A stretch of DNA of 64,000 bases, taken from contig DAHVCP010000040.1 of the NCBI GenBank assembly GCA_027314025.1, positions 10,903 to 74,902 of the forward strand. Direction: 5' to 3'. The notes under the pieces were generated by a model. That model saw nothing but the letters and a program-made list of their open reading frames with translations. It ran no database searches and had not been told where the DNA came from. The translations under genes were made by a program, and so were the position numbers. The stretch comes from Acidobacteriota bacterium. GTDB lineage: Bacteria; Acidobacteriota; Terriglobia; Terriglobales; SCQP01. Within the stretch, counting starts at the first letter, position 1, and the number at the start of each line of letters is the position of its first letter. Positions 28,395 through 36,080 of the stretch are shown here, in pieces.

Positions 28395-28579
28395 GTCCGC
28401 ACCCCCAACTTGCGCAAAATCAGCCCCAGCGGGCAAAAGCCTGTGAACGCCCACTGGAAAAGATTTGCGCCCACAAACGCGTCCAGCCACAGCCACTCCC
28501 GGCTGACCCACAACCCCAGTCCCAGCCCGGCCAGCACCATGCCGCCGGCAAATGCCCGAATGACTCGTTCCCTGCACAT
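28376..28579 (-). CDS. DUF2892 (YgaP C-terminal-like) small membrane protein
   Basis: MCRERVIRAFAGGMVLAGLGLGLWVSREWLWLDAFVGANLFQWAFTGFCPLGLILRKLGV: two TM segments plus the conserved T/G-x-CP motif. An alternative GTG start lies at 28609, directly abutting the upstream stop. Confidence 0.7.
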   Translation of the reverse strand: MCRERVIRAFAGGMVLAGLGLGLWVSREWLWLDAFVGANLFQWAFTGFCPLGLILRKLGVRTCAAAA

Positions 28580-28609
28580 ATCGCTCTCCTCGTTGACCCG
28601 ATTGCCCAC

Positions 28610-29308
28610 TCACTCTTTCCCCGGCCTGCCCGCTCCGGTTTCCGCCTCGACCGGATAGCGCTTCGCCTTCCAATCCGGAAACCCCGCCTCCAGCCGCCGC
28701 GCCGGGATCCCCGCCCCGCGCAGCGCATGCACCGCCTGGTCCGCCAGCAGGCACCACGGCCCGCGGCAATACGCCACCACCTCCGGCCCCCGCGGCACCT
28801 CCGGCAGCCGCCGCGGCAGATGCTCCACCGGCAGCGACACCGCCCCGGCGATATGCCCCGCCGCGTATTCCTCTTCCGGCCGCACGTCCAGCACCACCAC
28901 CCGTTCTTCCTTCAGCCGCCGCCGCAGCTCCGCCATCGTCACCGGCTCGAATTCGTGCCGCTCCTGGAAGAACTCCGCCGCCAGCCGGTCCAGCTCCGCC
29001 AGCCGGTCCCGCCCCAGGTCCCGCAGCGCCTGCCACAGCGCGAAGACCTTTTCATCCGCCAGCCGGTAGCGCACGTGCAGCCCTTCCTTCCGCGCCTCCA
29101 CCAGCCGCGCCTGCCGCAGCACTTGCAGATGCTGGGAGGTGTTGGCCACCGACATCCCGCTTGCCCGCGCCAGCTCCTCCACGCCCCGCTCCCCCTGCGC
29201 CAGCAGTTCCAGCAGCTCCAGCCGCCGCGCCCCCGCCAGCGCCCGCCCGATCTGCGCGAACTGCCCGAACAGCCGCGCCTTGTACGCTTCCCGTTGTGCC
29301 TTGCGCAT
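28610..29308 (-). CDS. ArsR/SmtB-family HTH regulator fused to a rhodanese domain
   Basis: 232 aa. The ArsR wHTH is LELLELLAQGERGVEELARASGMSVANTSQHLQVLRQARLV. The rhodanese domain is VVLDVRPEEEYAAGHIAGAVSLP with active-site loop YCRGPWC. Confidence 0.85.
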   Translation of the reverse strand: MRKAQREAYKARLFGQFAQIGRALAGARRLELLELLAQGERGVEELARASGMSVANTSQHLQVLRQARLVEARKEGLHVRYRLADEKVFALWQALRDLGRDRLAELDRLAAEFFQERHEFEPVTMAELRRRLKEERVVVLDVRPEEEYAAGHIAGAVSLPVEHLPRRLPEVPRGPEVVAYCRGPWCLLADQAVHALRGAGIPARRLEAGFPDWKAKRYPVEAETGAGRPGKE

Positions 29309-29314
29309 GGGACT

Positions 29315-29343
29315 ATTCAAGCACTCAATTGAATACTTGTCAA
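29315..29343 (-). promoter_or_regulatory. Putative leaderless promoter with overlapping palindromic operator of the ArsR-rhodanese operon
   Basis: The minus strand reads TTGACA-17 nt-TTGAAT-6 nt-ATG(29308). The imperfect 22-bp palindrome CAAGCACTCAA|TTGAATACTTG (29318..29339, 9/11 arm matches) covers the spacer and the -10. Confidence 0.45.
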
Positions 29344-29410
29344 CTGGATGGGCGCGCCCCCGGCCGCCGGCAAGCGCGGCGCCGCCCCGCGCCCAGCAGT
29401 TCCCGGGCCC

Positions 29411-29516
29411 GGGCCCGCGCCGGTCAAAGCGGGACCCCCCGCCGCAGGCGGGGCTGGGGCCCGCGCCCGTCAAAGCGGGACGCCCCGCCACGGGCGGGGC
29501 TGGGGCCCGCGCCCAT
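29411..29516. repeat. 2.25 tandem copies of a 47-bp M1 unit
   Basis: The unit is GGGCCCGCGCC(C)GTCAAAGCGGGAC-CCCCGCC(GCA/ACG)GGCGGGG-CTG. Each unit contains a 7-bp-stem hairpin. Confidence 0.85.
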
Positions 29517-29710
29517 CATTTGTGCCATCCTGGGCTTGCAGCGCGGGCGGCCTTCTCCGCCGGTTCGGCTGCGCGCCGGCCGCGCGCCGAGCCCGCGCCG
29601 AGCTATCGTCCCGTGCGTCCCGCGCAGTGCGCGAGGGCGCAGCCGGCGGCGGCAAACCCCGCCAGGAGCGAAGCTGTAATTAGGAGCGACGCCCCGCCAG
29701 GAGCAAACCC

Positions 29711-30595
29711 ATGAACGTCGGATTTATCGGCCTCGGGCAAATGGGCGCCGGCATGGCGGCCAATCTGCTCGCCGCCGGCCATCAGGTCACCGTCTACAAC
29801 CGCACGCCGCAAAAAGCAGCGCCGCTGGTGGCCCAGGGAGCCCAGGCCGCCGCCAGCGTGGCGGCGGCGTGCCGCGGCGACGCCGTCTTCACGATGCTGG
29901 CCGACGACCCGGCGGTCGAGGCGGTGGCGTTCGGCCCCGATGGCGTCGTCGCCCATCTGGCCGCGGGCGCCGTGCACGTTTCCTGTTCCACCATCAGCGT
30001 CGCCCTTGCGCGCCGCCTCGCCGCCGCCCACGCCGCCGCCCGCCAGCGATACGTCTCCGCCCCCGTCTTCGGCCGTCCCGACGCCGCCGCCGCGCGCCGC
30101 CTGATCGTCGTCGCCGCCGGAGAACCCGCCGCCATCGCCGCCGTCACGCCGCTGCTCGACGCCATCGGCCAGCGCACCATAGTCATCGCGCCCGATCCGC
30201 CCGCCGCCAATTTGGTCAAGCTCAGCGGCAATTTCCTGATCGCCGCGGTCATGGAATCCCTGGGCGAGGCCATCGCCCTGGTCGCCAAGGGCGGCGTGGA
30301 CCGCCAACAATATATCGAGCTGCTCACCTCCACGCTCTTCGCCGCGCCCATCTATAAGACCTACGGCGCGATCCTCGCCGCGGGCCGCTTCTCCCCGCCC
30401 GGCTTCCCCGCCCCGATGGGCGCCAAGGACATTCGCCTCGCGCTCGCCGCCGCCGAGGAACTGCGCGTGCCCATGCCGCTGGCCAGCCTGCTGCGCGACC
30501 GCCTCCTCGCTTTGCTCGCCCAAGGCGGCGACCAGCTCGATTGGTCGGCCATCGGCACCCTGCCCGCCAAGGACGCCGGCCTGCCCAGCATTTAA
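29711..30595 (+). CDS. NAD(P)-dependent beta-hydroxyacid dehydrogenase (3-hydroxyisobutyrate/6-phosphogluconate dehydrogenase-like)
   Basis: MNVGFIGLGQMGAGMAANLLAAGHQVTVYNRT Rossmann start, LVKLSGNFL and GAKDIRLA motifs. AGGAG RBS. Confidence 0.85.
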   Translation: MNVGFIGLGQMGAGMAANLLAAGHQVTVYNRTPQKAAPLVAQGAQAAASVAAACRGDAVFTMLADDPAVEAVAFGPDGVVAHLAAGAVHVSCSTISVALARRLAAAHAAARQRYVSAPVFGRPDAAAARRLIVVAAGEPAAIAAVTPLLDAIGQRTIVIAPDPPAANLVKLSGNFLIAAVMESLGEAIALVAKGGVDRQQYIELLTSTLFAAPIYKTYGAILAAGRFSPPGFPAPMGAKDIRLALAAAEELRVPMPLASLLRDRLLALLAQGGDQLDWSAIGTLPAKDAGLPSI

Positions 30596-30847
30596 ACTGC
30601 CGGAGCGCCGGCGTCCCGCGGGGGTCGAACATGCCGGCCGGATGCCGGCGCTCCCGCCGCCGGCGATGCCCCGCCCGGCCCCCCGGCGCCTCCTCGGACC
30701 GACAATTTCCCGGCGCAACCCGCCCAGATTCGGAGTAACATGCACGCAACCACCCATGTTGTTGAGAAATACATCCCCGGCGCGTCATGCCGCGTGGGCC
30801 CGTGACTGAGTCAGGTGACCCGCGCCAACGCCCGCTCGCACACCCCG

Positions 30848-33262
30848 ATGCCCCGTCGCTTCGCTATCGTCGCCGCCATACCGTTCGCCGCCCTCCTCGT
30901 TGCCGCGCCACTCGCAGCGCGATCGCCCTCCGCCTCCCGGCCCGCCGCTGCTTCCCGGCTTCCCGTTCCCGCCGCCGCGCCAGCCCCCCGCCGCATCGTC
31001 GCCGTCATCCACGCCCATCGCCTCGGCCGCCCCGTCTCGCGCTTCGAGTACGGCATGTTCATCGAAAACATCGGCCCGCTGGTCTATCGCACCCTGTGGG
31101 CGCAGATGCTGGACGACCGCAAGTTTTACTTCCCCATCCGCCCCGCCCCGCCCCATGCCGCCGCTCCGGCGCGGGGCTTTTTCCGCTTCATGCGCCCGCG
31201 CCATTGGCGCCCCATCGGCCCCGCCGCCGCGGTCACCATGGATGCCCGCCATCCCTTCGTCGGCCGCCACAGCCCGCGCGTGCAGCTGGCCGGCGCCGCG
31301 CCCCGCGGTTTCCGCCAATCCGGCTTGGCCCTGGCGGCCGGCCGGCGTTACACCGGCCACATCGATCTGCGCGGCACGCCCGGCGGCGCCGTCACCGTCT
31401 CGCTGGCCTGGGGTTCCGCTCCCGCCGCCCGCCAGTCCCATACCTTCGCGCATCTGTCCCGCGCCTACAGGCGGTATCCCTTCGCCTTCACCGCCGGCGC
31501 CGCCACCACCCACGCCGTCTTCTCGATCACCGGCGCCGGCCGCGGCAGTTTCCACGTCGGCGTGGTTTCGCTGATGCCGGCCGACAATATTGACGGCTTC
31601 CGCCCCCGCGTCATCGCCCTGCTGCGCCAGCTCCACTCCGGCTTCTGGCGCTTTCCCGGCGGCAACTACATCTCCGACTTCCATTGGTACGACGCCATCG
31701 GCCCCCGCGACCATCGCCGGCCCACCTTCGACTACGCCTGGCACGCCATGCAGCCCAATGACGTCGGCCTGCCGGAGTTCATGACCCTCTGCCGCCTGAT
31801 CGGCGCCCAGCCCTACATCACCGTCAACGCCGGCTTCGGCGGAGCCCTGTCGGCGGCGCGCGAGGTCGAATACATGAACGGCGCGGTGACCACCCGCCTC
31901 GGCGCCCTGCGCGCCCGCTACGGCCACCCCGCGCCCTATGGCGTCAAGTTTTGGGACATCGGCAATGAGCCCTACGGGCCCTGGGAGCTGGGCCGCACCG
32001 ATCTCAAGTACTACGTCCTCAAGCACAATCAATTCGCCCGCGCCATGCGCCGCGTGGATCCCAACATCGTCCTGCTCGCCTCCGGCGCTATGCCCGATGA
32101 GGAAACCATCGAGGGCATCGCCGCCGGCCTGCACCTGAAAAACGACCAGGTTCCCTTCTGTTCCTCCGCCGACTGGACCTGCGGTTTCTTGCAGCACAGT
32201 TGGGGCTACTTCAACGGCATCACCGAACATTGGTACGCCCGCGCCGGCGTCCGCTTCGATCTCGCCCGCGCCATCCGCGGCCTGCGCTACCACCATATGG
32301 AAGCCGGCTACGTCCCCGCCCGCCAAACGGTCCTGCAATGGGTGCGCGTGCCCTCTGACCGCGTTCACCTCAAGGCCGAGGAATGGCACGTCTACCAGCG
32401 CCGCTTCCCGGCCATGGCCCGCAAGCACATCTTCATGTCCATGGATGAGTACGCCTACACCGGCGCCCCGCCCAATCTCAAGCTGGACCTGGCCTACGCC
32501 ATGACCTTCAATGAGATGCTGCGCCATACCGGCTTCTTGCGCATGGCGGCATTCACCATGGGCGTCTCGACGCTCAACATCACCCCCACCGCCGCCTCCC
32601 TCAACACCACCGGCTTGCTGTTCCAGCTCTATGGCCGTTTCATGGGCGCCGGCATGCTCCCGCTCGCCGTCACCGGCAACGCCCCCCAGCCCCCGCCCGG
32701 ACCGCCCATCGCCGACGGCCTGCCGCGCAGCAGCGCCGGCAGCCCCACCTATCCGCTCGACGTCTTCGCTGCTCTTACCCCGCACCGCCGCTTCCTCCGC
32801 CTCGCCGTGGTCAACGCCACCGCCGCGGCCCAGCCGTTGCATCTGCGCCTCGCCGGCCTCCGCCTCGCCGGCCCCGGCGCCCGGTGGGAGCTGACCGGCA
32901 AAAACCTCGCCGCCGCCAACCCCCCGGGCCATCCCCCCGGCGTCACCGTGCGCCGCCGCGCGTTGCCCGGCGATCCCGCTGCCATTTCCGTCCCGCCGAT
33001 CAGCGTGGACATTTACCAATTCCCCGTCGCCCGGTCCCGAAACCACTCGCGGGGGTCGCGTCGTCTTCTCGGCGAGCAACACCGCCGCGAGAAATCACCG
33101 CGAAGCCTGCGGAGTTCCGCCCGGCGGCCCGCCGCCAGCCGGCGAGGCGGCGCAGCCCCCAGCGGCCCGCGGGCCGGGCTGGGGAGTGCGGGGCCCCGGC
33201 CCGGCCTGCGGGTAAGCGGGACGCGCGGCGCAGCCGCGCTGGGGCCCGCGCCCATTATTTGA
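30848..33262 (+). CDS. GH51-like alpha-L-arabinofuranosidase family protein, signal peptide
   Basis: RFPGGNYISDFHWYDAIGPRDHRRP..NDVGLPEFMTLCRLIGAQPYITVNAG..EVEYMNG..VKFWDIGNEPYGPWELG. Signal MPRRFAIVAAIPFAALLVAAPLAA. The last ~70 codons (after ..VDIYQFPV) are translated from an M1 repeat block and are probably not conserved. Confidence 0.7.
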   Translation: MPRRFAIVAAIPFAALLVAAPLAARSPSASRPAAASRLPVPAAAPAPRRIVAVIHAHRLGRPVSRFEYGMFIENIGPLVYRTLWAQMLDDRKFYFPIRPAPPHAAAPARGFFRFMRPRHWRPIGPAAAVTMDARHPFVGRHSPRVQLAGAAPRGFRQSGLALAAGRRYTGHIDLRGTPGGAVTVSLAWGSAPAARQSHTFAHLSRAYRRYPFAFTAGAATTHAVFSITGAGRGSFHVGVVSLMPADNIDGFRPRVIALLRQLHSGFWRFPGGNYISDFHWYDAIGPRDHRRPTFDYAWHAMQPNDVGLPEFMTLCRLIGAQPYITVNAGFGGALSAAREVEYMNGAVTTRLGALRARYGHPAPYGVKFWDIGNEPYGPWELGRTDLKYYVLKHNQFARAMRRVDPNIVLLASGAMPDEETIEGIAAGLHLKNDQVPFCSSADWTCGFLQHSWGYFNGITEHWYARAGVRFDLARAIRGLRYHHMEAGYVPARQTVLQWVRVPSDRVHLKAEEWHVYQRRFPAMARKHIFMSMDEYAYTGAPPNLKLDLAYAMTFNEMLRHTGFLRMAAFTMGVSTLNITPTAASLNTTGLLFQLYGRFMGAGMLPLAVTGNAPQPPPGPPIADGLPRSSAGSPTYPLDVFAALTPHRRFLRLAVVNATAAAQPLHLRLAGLRLAGPGARWELTGKNLAAANPPGHPPGVTVRRRALPGDPAAISVPPISVDIYQFPVARSRNHSRGSRRLLGEQHRREKSPRSLRSSARRPAASRRGGAAPSGPRAGLGSAGPRPGLRVSGTRGAAALGPAPII

Positions 33263-33290
33263 CGTTCTTCCTGCCATCGGAGAAATGCTC

Positions 33291-35942
33291 ATGACCCGAA
33301 TCGCCAAAGCTCTGTTCCTGACGCTCGCCTTCGCGCTCTTCGCCTCGGTCGCCGCCGCGCAAAAACCCAAGCGCCCCTGGCTGAACACCTCCCAGTCCTT
33401 CAAGGTTCGCGCCCAGGAGTTGGTCAGCGCCATGACGCTGAAGGAGAAATGCTCCCAGCTGACCAACATCGCCCGCGCCATCCCGCGCCTCGGCGTCCCC
33501 GCCTACAACTGGTGGTCGGAGGCGCTGCACGGCGTCCTGGTCAACGGCGCCACCAACTTCCCCGAGCCCATCGGCCTCGGCGCCACCTTCGATCCCCCGC
33601 TCATCCATCAGATGGCGCGCGCCATCAGCTTCGAAGCCCGCGTCATTCACGAGCAATCCGTCCGCAACGGCAACTCCTTCATCTTCCACGGCCTCGATTT
33701 CTGGGCGCCGAACATCAACATCTTTCGCGATCCGCGCTGGGGCCGCGGCCAGGAAACCTACGGCGAGGATCCCTACCTCACTGGCCGCATGGCCGTCGCC
33801 TACGTCACCGGCATGCAGGGAACCAATCCCCGCTATTACCGCGTCATCTCCACCCCCAAGCACTTCGACGCCCATAGCGGCCCGGAGCCCATCCGCCATT
33901 TCTCCGACTACGACATCAGCCGCCACGACCTGGAAGCCACCTATCTCCCCGCCTTCCGCGCCGCCATCGTCCACGGCCACGCCGGCTCCATCATGTGCGC
34001 CTACACCGCCACCAACGGCCAGCCCGACTGCGCCAACCAGTTCCTGCTGCAAACCACCCTGCGCGGCGACTGGCAGTTCCACGGCTATGTCGTCTCCGAC
34101 TGCGACGCCGTGCAGGACATCTTCAGCGGCCATCATTACCGCCCCACCCAGCCGCAAGCCTCGGCCATTTCCCTCGAGCGCGGCATGGACAATGAATGCT
34201 ACGGCTTCACCTCCGCGCCCCATGGCGGCGACTACCGCCCCTATCTGGAAGCCGTGCAGGAAGGCTATCTCTCCGTCCACGCCATTGACCGCGCCCTGGT
34301 CCGCCTGTTCACCGCGCGCATGAAGCTGGGCATGTTCGATCCCCCTTCCATGGTCCCCTACGACCACATCAACCCCGATCAGCTCAACAGCCCCGCCCAT
34401 CGCGCTCTCGACCTGAAGCTCGCCGAGCAGTCCATGGTGCTGCTCAAGAATGACGGCGTGCTGCCCCTCAAGCCCTCCATTCGCCGCATCGCCGTCGTCG
34501 GCCCGCTAGCGGATCAAACCGCCGTGCTCTTCGGCAACTACAGCGGCGTGCCGAAGGATCCGGTCACCGCGCTCGCCGGCATCCGCGCCGCCTTCCCGAA
34601 CGCCCGCATCACCTACGTCCCCGGCACGCAGTTCCTCAACGATCACGGCTTCCATCCCGTGCCCGCCGATCTGCTCACCACGCCCAGCGGCCAGCCCGGC
34701 CTGCAAGCCCATTACGCCGCCGCCGGCGCCATGATCGGCTTCGCCCGCAGCCGGCCGACGCCGCTGGCCTCCCGCGTCGAGCCCACCATTGACCTGACCG
34801 CGGCCAGCCTGCCCGCCGCCGCCCACAACGCAAAATCCCTTTTTGTCCGCTGGTCTGGCTACCTCACCCCCCGCCGTTCCGGCGATTACTACCTCGGCGT
34901 CCGCGGCGACGCCGCCTTTGCCGGTGTCTCCGCCAACGGCCGCCGCCTGGCCCAGGCCTTCCGCTTCGATCCCGGCATCGCCTGGATCCATCTCCGAGCC
35001 GGGCGACGCGTTCGCCTCAGCTTCATTGCCGGCTTCCGCCCCGGCGCCAGCCCCCGCGCCCGCCTGGTCTGGGCCCGCATCTCCCGCCGCGCCAATCCCG
35101 CCGCCTTGGCCGCGGCCAAGCGCGCCGACGCGGTCATCGCCGTCGTCGGCATCGACAGCAATTTGGAGAGCGAACAGTCGCCGGTGGACCAGCCCGGCTT
35201 TTTCGGCGGCGACCGCACCAACCTAAAAATGCCCGCGCCGGAAGAAGCCCTGGTCCGCAGCGTCGCCCGCAGCGGCAAGCCGCTGGTCGTCGTCTTAATG
35301 AATGGCAGCGCCCTCGCCGTCCGCTGGGAAAAGCACCACGCCGCCGCCATCCTGGAAGCCTGGTACCCCGGCGAAGTCGGCGGCGCCGCCATCGGCAAAA
35401 CCCTCAGCGGCGCCAACGACCCCGGCGGCCGCCTACCTGTCACCTTCTATAAGAGCGTGCACCAGCTCCCGCCCTTCGAGGACTACTCCATGCAGGGCCG
35501 CACCTACCAGTATTTCCACGGCCATCCCCTCTGGCCCTTCGGCTACGGCCTCAGCTACACCACCTTCCGCTTCAGCGACCTGCAACTGCCCACCGCCCCG
35601 GTCACCGCCGGCGACCCCCTCAACGTCTCCGTGCGCGTCACCAACACCGGCCATGTCGCCGGCGATGAGGTCGCCGAACTCTATCTCCAATTCCCCAAGG
35701 TGCCTGGCGCGCCCATCCGCGCCCTGCGCGGCGTGCAGCGCATTCACCTCGACCCGGGCGCCAGCCAGACGTTGCATTTCCACCTGAAGCGCCGCGACCT
35801 CAGCATGGTCACCGCCGTCGGCCACATCATCGTCGCCCGCGGCGACTATTTGCTCTCCGTCGGCGGCGGCCAGCCCGGCACCGGCGCTCCCGTCGTCAGC
35901 GGCCACTTCACCATCCACGGCCAACTCCGCCTCCCGGATTAG
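33291..35942 (+). CDS. GH3 beta-glucosidase/beta-xylosidase with PA14-like insertion
   Basis: Signal MTRIAKALFLTLAFALFASVAAAQ. Motifs: YNWWSEALHGV, RDPRWGRGQETYGEDP, GYVVSDCDAV. The inserted segment SLFVRWSGYLTPRRSGDYYLGVRGD is PA14-like. GGAG sits 8 nt before ATG 33291; the ORF track begins at 33285. Confidence 0.9.
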   Translation: MTRIAKALFLTLAFALFASVAAAQKPKRPWLNTSQSFKVRAQELVSAMTLKEKCSQLTNIARAIPRLGVPAYNWWSEALHGVLVNGATNFPEPIGLGATFDPPLIHQMARAISFEARVIHEQSVRNGNSFIFHGLDFWAPNINIFRDPRWGRGQETYGEDPYLTGRMAVAYVTGMQGTNPRYYRVISTPKHFDAHSGPEPIRHFSDYDISRHDLEATYLPAFRAAIVHGHAGSIMCAYTATNGQPDCANQFLLQTTLRGDWQFHGYVVSDCDAVQDIFSGHHYRPTQPQASAISLERGMDNECYGFTSAPHGGDYRPYLEAVQEGYLSVHAIDRALVRLFTARMKLGMFDPPSMVPYDHINPDQLNSPAHRALDLKLAEQSMVLLKNDGVLPLKPSIRRIAVVGPLADQTAVLFGNYSGVPKDPVTALAGIRAAFPNARITYVPGTQFLNDHGFHPVPADLLTTPSGQPGLQAHYAAAGAMIGFARSRPTPLASRVEPTIDLTAASLPAAAHNAKSLFVRWSGYLTPRRSGDYYLGVRGDAAFAGVSANGRRLAQAFRFDPGIAWIHLRAGRRVRLSFIAGFRPGASPRARLVWARISRRANPAALAAAKRADAVIAVVGIDSNLESEQSPVDQPGFFGGDRTNLKMPAPEEALVRSVARSGKPLVVVLMNGSALAVRWEKHHAAAILEAWYPGEVGGAAIGKTLSGANDPGGRLPVTFYKSVHQLPPFEDYSMQGRTYQYFHGHPLWPFGYGLSYTTFRFSDLQLPTAPVTAGDPLNVSVRVTNTGHVAGDEVAELYLQFPKVPGAPIRALRGVQRIHLDPGASQTLHFHLKRRDLSMVTAVGHIIVARGDYLLSVGGGQPGTGAPVVSGHFTIHGQLRLPD

Positions 35943-36080
35943 GCCCCCATCCCCGCGCGGGCGGCGCCCGCCGCCCCGCGAACTCAAACCGACCCCGGAC
36001 CCACTTCGGCGCGCTCGCTCGGCCCGCCGCCTTCGGGCCCGGTAACGTACTATCCTTGCCCGATAGGAGTGTCGGCGAAA

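Noticed and set aside
29411-29516. Possible CRISPR arrays (47-bp units at 29411, 24-bp units at 52148, 15-bp units at 47661)
   Set aside because: The units are contiguous with no unique spacers between them, and no cas genes are in the window. The 15-bp arrays are in-frame coding sequence.
30785-33082. Long antisense or overlapping ORFs (for example 30785..33082 -, 15529..16998 -, 9174..10790 +, 39912..41675 -, 52517..54568 -, 57079..59388 -, 61713..63485 -, 22198..23697 -, 21861..23114 +, 23118..24767 +)
   Set aside because: They are typical stop-codon-poor shadow frames of a ~70% GC genome. Their translations are R/A/G/P/H-rich and low complexity. Each lies opposite, or out of frame with, a gene that has clear family motifs.
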